Source of the DNA: an uncultured Ardenticatenales bacterium | GTDB taxonomy: Bacteria; Chloroflexota; Anaerolineae; Ardenticatenales; JAADHH01 | Length of the DNA: 36,174 nt | Assembly: GCA_964517425.1 (NCBI GenBank) | Contig: CAZFFM010000001.1 | Location: 1 to 36,174 of the forward strand | Direction of reading: 5' to 3' | Part shown: positions 8,264 to 16,160 of the stretch, piece after piece | Position numbering within the stretch: position 1 is the stretch's first letter | How the letters are laid out: each line of letters begins with the position of its first letter | The notes under the pieces: model-generated | Told to the model about the DNA's origin: nothing | Seen by the model: only the letters and a program-made list of their open reading frames with translations | Database searches by the model: none | Position numbers and translations under genes: made by a program

Positions 8264-8353
8264 CATTTCGACCAGCGGCACCCTGTCATTTCGACCAGCG
8301 GGAGAAATCTACCCTACGCGCCAGGCAAGATTTCTCGCTGCGCTCGAAATGAC
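8264..8353. repeat. Direct repeat plus long imperfect hairpin element
   Basis: catttcgaccagcgg occurs at 8264-8278 and again at 8287-8301. The arm gtcatttcga..gagaaatct (8285-8310) pairs with agatttctc..tcgaaatgac (8328-8353), with outer 10-bp and inner 9-bp helices. Confidence 0.5.
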
Positions 8354-8434
8354 AAAACATGCCCAGACGCCCTCTGCTCCTTTCTGCATACATGGTCCCG
8401 CTGCAGGGTCGCTCCACGCTCCACGTTCCCCACT

Positions 8435-9817
8435 TTACCCCTCAAATGCTTCCTTGCCCGCTTGCTCACCCAGATCCAGCGGGTACCGGCCGGTGAAGCA
8501 GGCGTTGCAATATGCCTCGCTTGCCTCGCCAATGGCCCGCATCATCCCCGCCTGTGAAAGATAGGCCAGGCTGTCGCAGCCCAGGTGCTGCTTGATTTCC
8601 GGCACGGTCATGCGGCTGGCGATCAGCTCGCCATGCCCGGCCATGTCCACGCCCATGAAGCAGGGGTGGCGGATGGGGGGCGACGACACGCGGATGTGTA
8701 CCTCGGCCGCCCCCGATTGTCGCAAGAGCTGCACGAGCGGCCCGCTGGTCGTACCGCGCACGATGGAATCGTCCACCAGAATGACCCGCTTGCCGGCCAG
8801 GTTGTCGGTCAGCGGGTTGAACTTGAGGGCCACACCGGCGCGCCGCAGGCGGTCACTCGGCTGGATGAAGGTGCGTCCGATGTAGCGGTTCTTGATCAGC
8901 CCCTCGGTGAAGGGAATGCCCGATTCCAGCGCGTAACCGATCGCGGCCGGGATCGCCGAATCGGGCACGGCAACCACCACGTCGCCGGCCACCGGGTGTT
9001 CGCGAGCCACTTCGCGTCCCAACGCCTGGCGCACCTGGTGGATGACGTGTCCGTCGAACAGGCTATCGGGTCGCGCGAAGTAGATGTGCTCGAAGGTGCA
9101 GAGCGAGCGCTTCTCCGGCGGCCGGCCCTGCAGCGTGCGCAAGCCGTGATCATCCACGCTGATGATTTCCCCCGGCTCGATCTCGCGCACGTACTCCGCG
9201 CCGATCGTATCGAGCGCGCACGATTCGGAGGCAATCGCCCAGCCGCCGCCCAGCCGGCCGTAGCAGAGCGGGCGGAAGCCCCACGGGTCGCGCACGGCAT
9301 AGACCGCCTCGCGGGTGAGGATCACCAGCGAATAGGCCCCTTCTGCGCGCCACATGAAGGACGCGATCCGCGCTTCCCACGTCTCCCCCTTGCACCCGGC
9401 CAGGGCCTGCGTGATCACCTCGCTATCGGACGAGGAACGCAGGCCCACGCCACTTTGCAAGAGGTCACGGCGCAGCGAGGCGGCGTTGGTCAAGTTGCCG
9501 TTGTGCGCCACCGCCAGCGGACCGTGCCACGTCTCGATCAGGTAGGGCTGCGCGTTTTGCAACTTCGAGCTCCCACTCGTCGAATAGCGCGTGTGGCCGA
9601 CGGCGATATGTCCCTGCAAGGGGTGCAGGTTCTCTTCGGTGAAGACCTGGGCGACCATGCCCATGGCCTTATAGACGTTGGCAATGTGCCCATCGCTGGT
9701 GGCAATGCCGGCGCTCTCCTGCCCCCGGTGCTGCAACGAGTAGAGCGCAAAGTACGTCAGGCGGGCCACATCCTCTTCCGGCGCGTAAATCCCTACAACA
9801 CCACACGATTCTTTCAA
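8435..9817 (-). CDS. purF: Amidophosphoribosyltransferase
   Basis: CGVVGIY catalytic N-terminal Cys, an Ntn-amidotransferase domain and a PRT domain (VILVDDSIVRGTT). The likely start is the TTG at 9817 (M-K-E-S-C), with GGAGGT 3-4 nt upstream. The ORF-track start at 9925 lies in a heptad array. Confidence 0.9.
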   Translation of the reverse strand: MKESCGVVGIYAPEEDVARLTYFALYSLQHRGQESAGIATSDGHIANVYKAMGMVAQVFTEENLHPLQGHIAVGHTRYSTSGSSKLQNAQPYLIETWHGPLAVAHNGNLTNAASLRRDLLQSGVGLRSSSDSEVITQALAGCKGETWEARIASFMWRAEGAYSLVILTREAVYAVRDPWGFRPLCYGRLGGGWAIASESCALDTIGAEYVREIEPGEIISVDDHGLRTLQGRPPEKRSLCTFEHIYFARPDSLFDGHVIHQVRQALGREVAREHPVAGDVVVAVPDSAIPAAIGYALESGIPFTEGLIKNRYIGRTFIQPSDRLRRAGVALKFNPLTDNLAGKRVILVDDSIVRGTTSGPLVQLLRQSGAAEVHIRVSSPPIRHPCFMGVDMAGHGELIASRMTVPEIKQHLGCDSLAYLSQAGMMRAIGEASEAYCNACFTGRYPLDLGEQAGKEAFEG

Positions 9818-9887
9818 GATACCTCCGGTTTGAATTAGACAGCTCCAAATGTGCGCCCTTGGGCCAAACGGTTTTGAAAACGGACAA

Positions 9888-9936
9888 CGTGTTGCGTGCT
9901 GCGTATTGCGTCGCTCCACGCTCACCGCTCCACGCC
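9888..9936. repeat. Heptanucleotide array, 7 in-register units
   Basis: The units are cgtgttg cgtgctg cgtattg cgtcgct ccacgct caccgct ccacgcc, in the purF leader. Confidence 0.8.
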
Positions 9937-9982
9937 ATCTCTACTTGGTGAAGGTCTCCTGACCAAGCCCTGTTCGGTTCGG

Positions 9983-10642
9983 TCAGGAGACCTCGGCGAG
10001 CGAGCGGAGAGATCTCCCGATAGAATCAATCATTGCTGTGGCCTTTGCTCGAAACTCGTTGGCTCTCATCTCTGGACACATCTTGGCCAATGCCCCCAAC
10101 GATAAACTCTTTTGGTCAAGCTGTTCGATATCTAATCGAGTCATCAAGTAAAATCGCCACTGATCGAGGTCGAGTGCATCCCATCTATCAGGGTCTTTCT
10201 CAATTTGCACGCAAAACACGTAAATGTCCGCGTTGTACGTTGCAGTACGAGCATACTGATTCGTCCGCGTATTCAACCTCCGTCCCTTCAAGCCGGCGAA
10301 GACGATACGTGAGGGTTGCTTCTGTGCCCAGGCCTGCAAATACGCAGAAGTCTTGACTTCGATCCTTACTCCGCCTCGTGCCACCAGATCACACTCGCCC
10401 CAAGAATCACGCATGCTTAACGGTATGTCAAGCAACTTGGCAACCATCCACTCAGCAAAGACGCCGCGAACGTCGTTCATCTGTAAGTTGCTGAAAGCCC
10501 AACTCCAGAAATCCAGAACTGTGACATTTTCTAAAGACTCAATCGAACTATGACTATGTAGTCGTTCATTCCCCGTGAACATAACGAGTGGTGTAGTCCC
10601 TTTTGCATCTCTTTGAAAGTCGCTACTTCGAAACTCGATCAT
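9983..10642 (-). CDS. Hypothetical protein with a PD-(D/E)xK nuclease-like motif
   Basis: 219 aa and AT-richer than its flanks. The candidate catalytic core is FAEWMVAKLL ... ECDLVARGGVRIEVKTS (D-x10-E-x-K). The start lacks its own SD, but a 6-codon mini-ORF with GGAGGG ends in an ATGA overlap on it. Confidence 0.55.
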   Translation of the reverse strand: MIEFRSSDFQRDAKGTTPLVMFTGNERLHSHSSIESLENVTVLDFWSWAFSNLQMNDVRGVFAEWMVAKLLDIPLSMRDSWGECDLVARGGVRIEVKTSAYLQAWAQKQPSRIVFAGLKGRRLNTRTNQYARTATYNADIYVFCVQIEKDPDRWDALDLDQWRFYLMTRLDIEQLDQKSLSLGALAKMCPEMRANEFRAKATAMIDSIGRSLRSLAEVS

Positions 10643-10788
10643 TCTGCTGACCAGAACATCTGCCCAAACCCTCCAAAATACCTATCGCAACCTGGCGGAG
10701 TTTGCCGACCGGCCCAAATAGCCACAACAGCACACGATTCTTTCGCGATATCTCCTGGTTACAGAGTATCTCTCTGCTCCATTTCGTG

Positions 10789-11484
10789 TTAGCAACCATA
10801 CTTCTCAAAATGCGCCTTATTTCTGCCGATAGGTGAGTCAAAGACGATGGACGTAAACTCATTTTGGTCAAGATTTTCCATCACCAATGCCAACCCATCA
10901 AGAGCCTGAATAGCCTCCTTCGCTTTCTCCAAGAGAGTGTGGCTAAACCGGAACTTGTTTTGCGCAGCATCACTTACTACAACGTCAGAAGATCTTTTGT
11001 CCCACACAAGAAACTTAACTGACTTATAGTGGACAACGTGGTTTCGATTTCTTATGAGTTTCCTTAACAATTGATATGCATTTTCGTCCTTGGGAAAATC
11101 TTTTCGTGTTACCAATCTCGTTATCACGACCCATTTGCTAACAACATCCAGTTTGTCAAGGTGTGCCTTTACAAAGCTATCAGTAAGGTTCCGGGCGGCA
11201 TAATCGTAGATATAACTCTCTACGGCCAAGGCAGAGAAAACGATAGCGATTAAACAACTATCGTCTTCCTCATGCTGAAGGGGTGACATTTCTAGATGTT
11301 GAAAGGCCGCTGCTTGATCACCTGTCAAGGTGTCTAGCTCCTTGCTTAGACTGTTTAGCTTCTCCCTGCACACCAAGGCATAGTTAAGCTTCCTACGAGC
11401 TATTCTTGCATAACTCGAAGCTGCAGTAATACGCGCATCCCATTGTGGATTCACCTCAATCTGGTCGTCTGACGTCTTGATCAT
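10789..11484 (-). CDS. HEPN-like protein (canonical RNxxxH motif), hypothetical
   Basis: The start at ATG 11484 (MIKTSDD) has GGAGGG upstream. The longer ORF to 11649 overlaps purE in another frame. The motif is LRKLIRNRNHVVHYK, preceded by the helix IAIVFSALAVESYIYDY. The gene is AT-rich and overlaps the purE 3-prime end by 29 nt. Confidence 0.6.
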   Translation of the reverse strand: MIKTSDDQIEVNPQWDARITAASSYARIARRKLNYALVCREKLNSLSKELDTLTGDQAAAFQHLEMSPLQHEEDDSCLIAIVFSALAVESYIYDYAARNLTDSFVKAHLDKLDVVSKWVVITRLVTRKDFPKDENAYQLLRKLIRNRNHVVHYKSVKFLVWDKRSSDVVVSDAAQNKFRFSHTLLEKAKEAIQALDGLALVMENLDQNEFTSIVFDSPIGRNKAHFEKYGC

Positions 11485-12028
11485 CCCTCCCGAGCTGCCC
11501 ACCCTGATCCCGCTGCATGGCCGCCACCCGTTCGCGGATCGCCTCGTCGGCCAGACCGAGCATCTTCGCGGCGAGCAGGGCCGCGCCGGCCGGCGCCAGC
11601 ACGACGGCCGGGGCCACGCCCGACGGCATACGCAGCGAGGAGAAGACATCCACCATCGCCCAGTCCGGCGACAGCGGCGGACAGGCGATGACCGGCGCAG
11701 TCACGTTCGCGTCCACCAGCCCGGACAGCGCGTTCGACCGCCCGGCCACGGTGATGTACACCTTGCGGCGCGGGTCTGCCTCGTACGCCGCCAACATGTC
11801 CAGCAAATGTCGCACGCTCTTGTGCGCGGAAGCCACCCGCAGCTCGCACGGCACACCGAACTCCTCTAGCGCCGCCGCGATCTGCTCCCCGTGCTCCCGA
11901 TCCGACACCGACCCCATGATGATGGGAACGATACAGCCGTTTCGATTTTGGATTTTGGATTTTGGATTTTGGATTTTTCGATTCCCCGCTTCCTGATACG
12001 CATCGCGTGTTGCGTAATCCGTTGACAA
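11456..12028 (-). CDS. purE: N5-carboxyaminoimidazole ribonucleotide mutase
   Basis: Conserved core IVPIIMGSVSD...ASAHK...AGRSNALSG. The only canonical in-frame start upstream of the core is the TTG at 12028, inside a heptad array, so the start is uncertain. Confidence 0.85.
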   Translation of the reverse strand: MSTDYATRDAYQEAGNRKIQNPKSKIQNRNGCIVPIIMGSVSDREHGEQIAAALEEFGVPCELRVASAHKSVRHLLDMLAAYEADPRRKVYITVAGRSNALSGLVDANVTAPVIACPPLSPDWAMVDVFSSLRMPSGVAPAVVLAPAGAALLAAKMLGLADEAIRERVAAMQRDQGGQLGRDDQDVRRPD

Positions 12029-12062
12029 TTGATCACTGATCGTTGACCAATTGACAATTGCC
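11944..12062. repeat. Composite heptad array, 17 in-register units (119 nt)
   Basis: (gattttg)x4, gattttt, ... gtgttgc gtaatcc gttgaca attgatc actgatc gttgacc aattgac aattgcc. The array fills the whole nadB-purE junction and extends into the purE ORF. Confidence 0.85.
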
Positions 12063-13634
12063 TTACTCCCGGTAATGACACCCCATACTCACCTTGTTCT
12101 CCCAAGCCGCAGAGGCGACGACCAACGCCGCTTGCACGGCATTGCGCAGGCCGACCAGCCCGTCGGTGAGCCGCGTCACCCGGTAAAACTGCTCGATTCC
12201 GGCCCGCAGGTTCCGCAGGTCGCGCAAGGCGCGTTCCAGGCGCGGGGTGGTACGCACCAGGCCGACATAGTTCCACATGATGTGCTGAATCGAGCTCATG
12301 TCCTGGGCGATGAGCGCGGGGTCCGGCTCCTCGTAGCCGGCATCGCTCCAGGGGGGAATCTCGGTCGAGTCGGGAACGGGGCTATCCACCAGCGTGCGGC
12401 GAACGTGCTCCGCCGACCGGTATCCCCACACCAACCCTTCGAGCAGCGACGTACTGGCCAGGCGGTTGGCACCATGCACGCCCGTACAGGCAACCTCGCC
12501 CACAGCGTACAAACATTCGAGCGTCGTCTGCCCCCATTCGTCCACCCATACCCCCCCACAGGCATAATGGGCCGCCGGCACAACCGGCACCAGATCACGC
12601 GTGATGTCCACACCGTAGGCCAGACAATCCTCGTAGATGTTCGGAAAATGCTCCAGAATTGTCTGCTCTGCCATGTAGGAACGCAGGTCCAAATAGACAT
12701 GGGAGACGTCGTGGAGCAACATCTCCTGGTGGATACTCCGCGCTACCACATCGCGCGGGGCCAGGTCTTGCCACTCCGGATCGTATTTCTGCATGAACGG
12801 CTCGCCGTCCGCGTGAACCAGCCGTGCACCCGCCCCACGCACAGCCTCGGAAATCAAAAAGTTCGGCGCGTTCTGGTGGGCAAAGGTCGTCGGGTGAAAT
12901 TGCACGAATTCGTTGTTGATCACCCGCGCGCCGGCACGATAGGCCATCGCCAGGCCGTCGCCCCGTGCGCCGGGCGGATTGCACGTCCGCAGGTAGAGTT
13001 GGCCCAGGCCGCCGGTCGCCAGGATCGTCTTCTTGGCCATGCAGCGCACCACCTGCCCGCTCTCCTGGTCGAGCACGTAAGCACCCACACACGACCGTGG
13101 GTCGTACACCACCAGACGGTTGAGCGAATGGTGCGACGGCGTCAACAGGTCTACGGCCGTGTGCCCGGCCAGCAAAGTGACTTGTGGGTGACTCTGTAAC
13201 TTGTTGAGCAAGGCGATCTCGATGGCCCGGCCGGTGGCATCGGTGGTGTGGACAATGCGCGGCATAGCGTGGGCACCCTCGCGCGCCAGCGACAGCGTGC
13301 CGTCCGCAGTCCGGTCGAAGGGCACACCGACCCTTTCGATCAAGATGTCCCGCACCAACTGCGGCCCCTGTTCCGCCAGAATCGCCACCGCCTTCGGATT
13401 GCAATGGCCGGCGCCGGCCCGGAGCACATCTTCCTCCCGCAACGCCGGCGAATCGTCAACACCTTCGTGGACAATCCCCCCTTGCGCATACAGCGTGTTC
13501 GATTCTTCCGGTTCCCGCGCGCGCGTCACGACCGTGACCGCCACGCCGGCATCGGCAAGCTGCAACGCCGCCACGCCGCCGGCAATGCCACAGCCAATGA
13601 CCAGCACTTCCGTTTCCAGACACTCTCCTGTCAT
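12063..13634 (-). CDS. nadB: L-aspartate oxidase
   Basis: FAD-binding motif VLVIGCGIAGG, plus GGLGQLY and HYxCGG. The start is either ATG 13634 (AGGAG 7 nt upstream) or ATG 13649 (ATGA overlap with the nadA stop). Confidence 0.9.
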   Translation of the reverse strand: MTGECLETEVLVIGCGIAGGVAALQLADAGVAVTVVTRAREPEESNTLYAQGGIVHEGVDDSPALREEDVLRAGAGHCNPKAVAILAEQGPQLVRDILIERVGVPFDRTADGTLSLAREGAHAMPRIVHTTDATGRAIEIALLNKLQSHPQVTLLAGHTAVDLLTPSHHSLNRLVVYDPRSCVGAYVLDQESGQVVRCMAKKTILATGGLGQLYLRTCNPPGARGDGLAMAYRAGARVINNEFVQFHPTTFAHQNAPNFLISEAVRGAGARLVHADGEPFMQKYDPEWQDLAPRDVVARSIHQEMLLHDVSHVYLDLRSYMAEQTILEHFPNIYEDCLAYGVDITRDLVPVVPAAHYACGGVWVDEWGQTTLECLYAVGEVACTGVHGANRLASTSLLEGLVWGYRSAEHVRRTLVDSPVPDSTEIPPWSDAGYEEPDPALIAQDMSSIQHIMWNYVGLVRTTPRLERALRDLRNLRAGIEQFYRVTRLTDGLVGLRNAVQAALVVASAAWENKVSMGCHYRE

Positions 13635-13645
13635 CTCGTTCTCCT

Positions 13646-14692
13646 TCATCCGATGGCGATCATGCGCTCGACCGACCGCGCTGCACGCACCCGGACATCT
13701 TCCGGCACCTCTATCACGTAGCGGTTGTACTTCAGCGCGTTGAGCGTATCCTCCATCGTGATCTGGTTCATGTGCGGGCAACGCACGCTGCACAAGCGCA
13801 ACATCTCCTTGTCCGGATTCTCTGCCGCGACGTTGTCGCCCATCGCACACTCGGTGAGCAGCAGGTAGCGGGGTGCCGCCGTCTCTTCGACATAGCGGAT
13901 CATCGCCGAAGTGCTCCCCGAGAAATCGGACGCTGCCACCACTTCCGGGCTGCACTCCGGGTGGGCCAGGATCACCACGTCGGGAAACTGGGCCCGCACG
14001 TTGGCGATGTCCTCGGTGGTGAACTTTTCGTGTACCTCACAGCGGCCCTGCCAGCCGATGATTTGATAATCCAGGTCTACGTCGGCTGTGCCAGCTCCCT
14101 TCGGAATTTTCGTTGGGAAAATGATGTGCTTACCGGTCTCCTGGGCCACGTTCCGTGCCAGGTACTCATCGGGGACGAAGATCACCGTGTCGCTGTGCAG
14201 TGACTCGACCACGGCCGCCGCATTGCTCGACGTGCAGCAGATGTCACACTCCGCCTTCACATCGGCATAGGTGTTGACGTAGGTGACGACCGGCACACCG
14301 GGGAATCGCGCCCGCAGGTCGCGCACATCCTCGGCGGTGATACTTTCCGCCAACGAGCAGCCCGCTTTTTCCGCCGGCAACAGCACGGTCTTCTGCGGGT
14401 TCAGAATCTTGGCCGTCTCCGCCATGAACCTCACCCCACAGAAGACGATGATGTCCTTGTCCGTCTCGGCCGCTTTGCGACTGAGACCCAGTGAATCCCC
14501 CTTGTAATCGGGAATCGAGTAGTACAACGCCGGTTCCATGTAATTGTGCCCCAAGATCACCGCGTTCTTTTCGACCTTGAGGCGATTGATTTCAACGGCC
14601 AACTCCGCTTTGTAGCGCAGCTCAAAATCGGGAACCACGTCATGGAGTTTGGCCTTCATGTCTTGATAGACTTCTTCCACTTCCTCTGACAT
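13646..14692 (-). CDS. nadA: Quinolinate synthase
   Basis: 348 aa resembling NadA along the full length (ILGHNYM, VFCGVRFMAE, ILAHPEC). Confidence 0.9.
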   Translation of the reverse strand: MSEEVEEVYQDMKAKLHDVVPDFELRYKAELAVEINRLKVEKNAVILGHNYMEPALYYSIPDYKGDSLGLSRKAAETDKDIIVFCGVRFMAETAKILNPQKTVLLPAEKAGCSLAESITAEDVRDLRARFPGVPVVTYVNTYADVKAECDICCTSSNAAAVVESLHSDTVIFVPDEYLARNVAQETGKHIIFPTKIPKGAGTADVDLDYQIIGWQGRCEVHEKFTTEDIANVRAQFPDVVILAHPECSPEVVAASDFSGSTSAMIRYVEETAAPRYLLLTECAMGDNVAAENPDKEMLRLCSVRCPHMNQITMEDTLNALKYNRYVIEVPEDVRVRAARSVERMIAIG

Positions 14693-14716
14693 TTTTCCTG
14701 TCCTCTCGTACGAACC

Positions 14717-14749
14717 AGACCTGACAGGTTTTGAAAACCTGTCAGGTCT
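14717..14749. promoter_or_regulatory. Perfect 33-nt palindrome (16-bp arms) overlapping the nadC stop codon
   Basis: agacctgacaggtttt-g-aaaacctgtcaggtct. It sits in the 49-nt nadC-nadA spacer and is not followed by a U-run. Confidence 0.6.
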
Positions 14750-15587
14750 TAGCTTCTACCACCAAACTAACATCCAACGCCCGTGCCGAATGCGTCAGCA
14801 TCCCTACGGAAATATAGTCCACGCCGGTCGCGGCCACTGCGGCGACGTTCTCCAGCGTGACGTTGCCGGATGCTTCGAGCGGCACCCGGCCGCCGGCCAG
14901 TCGCACCGCCTCGGCCATCTCGTCCGGGGTCATGTTGTCGAGCAGAATGCGGTCCACGTCCAGACCAATGGCTTCCCGCAATTCAGCCAGCGTGCGTACT
15001 TCAACCTCGATGGCTCGTTTGCGCTCATCTCCTTTCCGCACCCGTTGTACCGCCTCGCTGACTCCGCCAGCAGCGGCGATGTGATTGTCCTTGATCAGCA
15101 CCATGTCGTACAGGCCGAAGCGGTGATTCTGCCCGCCGCCTAGCCGCACGGCCCATTTGTCGAAGAGTCGCAGGCAGGGGGCCGTTTTGCGTGTATCGAG
15201 GATGACGGCGGACGTCCCCCGCACGGCATCCACAAAGCGCCGCGTGAGCGTCGCAATCCCGGACATGCGTTGCAAGAAGTTCAGCGCCACCCGTTCGCCG
15301 CTGAGCAGTGCCCGCCCCGGGCCGGCGATCGTGGCAATCGTTCGGCCGGCCGGCACAGAATCACCGTCGGCGACAAGCGGGGTGATCCGCACCCGCGCAT
15401 CGAGTTGCGCAAAGGTCAGCCGTGCCACCTCCAGTCCGGCAATCACGCCGGCCTCCTTGGCCACGAACTCGCCGGCGAGCATCGCGCCGGCCGGCACCGT
15501 GCAGTCCGTCGTCACATCCCCGTCGCCGATGTCCTCGGCGAGGGCGTGGCGGATGATCTGCGAAATTTCAGGTAGTCTGTCGTCCAT
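14742..15587 (-). CDS. nadC: Nicotinate-nucleotide diphosphorylase (carboxylating)
   Basis: QPRTase motifs (EDIGDGDVTT, RKTAPCLR, DNHI). The start at ATG 15587 (MDDRLPE) has GAGG upstream. The ORF-track start at 15650 lies in a heptad array. Confidence 0.9.
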   Translation of the reverse strand: MDDRLPEISQIIRHALAEDIGDGDVTTDCTVPAGAMLAGEFVAKEAGVIAGLEVARLTFAQLDARVRITPLVADGDSVPAGRTIATIAGPGRALLSGERVALNFLQRMSGIATLTRRFVDAVRGTSAVILDTRKTAPCLRLFDKWAVRLGGGQNHRFGLYDMVLIKDNHIAAAGGVSEAVQRVRKGDERKRAIEVEVRTLAELREAIGLDVDRILLDNMTPDEMAEAVRLAGGRVPLEASGNVTLENVAAVAATGVDYISVGMLTHSARALDVSLVVEAKT

Positions 15588-15606
15588 TATGCCTCGCTGT
15601 GTAACC

Positions 15607-15718
15607 CGTGTTGCGTATTGCGTATTGCGTATTGCGTGTTGCGTTTTCACGTTTCACGTCTTTGCGTTCCCTATCTCTATCTCCACCCTCTATCTTCCAC
15701 CGTTCATCATTCATCACA
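15607..15718. repeat. Heptad array, about 16 in-register drifting units
   Basis: cgtgttg (cgtattg)x3 cgtgttg cgttttc acgtttc acgtctt tgcgttc cctatct ctatctc caccctc tatcttc caccgtt catcatt catcaca. Confidence 0.8.
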
Positions 15719-15800
15719 TTTTGCATTCATCGGTTGCTCTACAGGCTTGCCAGCTCGAACGCCCGACCATTAGCCCGCAAGCGGCGATTTCAATTGCTCA

Positions 15801-16160
15801 CTACATGGGCAAGTATAGGTATTCTGGTCCCTTTTCGGCCAACAACGCTTCCCGCGTTCCTTGAATCCGCTCGCGCAGTCCGCGTACAAACTCCGGCGGA
15901 TTGCGCTGCTGCTCCTGCCAAGATTCTTCGGAAAACGCTCGCCACCGGGACAGGTAAGCATCCACCTCTTCTTGGTAATGCAGATAATAGGTAATGGTCG
16001 CGTAGACCTGTTCCAGGGTCAGCGTGCGATAGCGCGCCACGATCTCCTCAGGGCTGGCGACTGTCAAGTAGTCATCCAACACTGTCTCAATACCCACCCG
16101 TGTCCCTTTGATGCGAATGTCATCCGGGCTCACAAAGTCAAAGTAACTCTCCATCACCAT
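15801..16160 (-). CDS. DUF433 domain protein (orphan antitoxin-like)
   Basis: The start at ATG 16160 has GGGAGGTGG upstream. The motif is IRIKGTRVGIETVLDDYL..SPEEIVARYRTLTLEQVYATITYY. The gene overlaps the purC 3-prime end by 23 nt and has no PIN/DUF5615 partner. Confidence 0.7.
   Translation of the reverse strand: MVMESYFDFVSPDDIRIKGTRVGIETVLDDYLTVASPEEIVARYRTLTLEQVYATITYYLHYQEEVDAYLSRWRAFSEESWQEQQRNPPEFVRGLRERIQGTREALLAEKGPEYLYLPM

Noticed and set aside
10789-11649. Long versions of ORFs that overlap housekeeping genes in other frames: 10789..11649, 15801..16430, 12063..13955, 6175..7602, 25068..26453 and 24859..25296.
   Set aside because: The N-terminal extensions are Arg/Pro/Ala-rich, which is typical of GC-rich off-frame translation. 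They overlap well-supported genes or repeat arrays. Internal ATGs with SD sequences or promoters give products that begin at the conserved N-termini.
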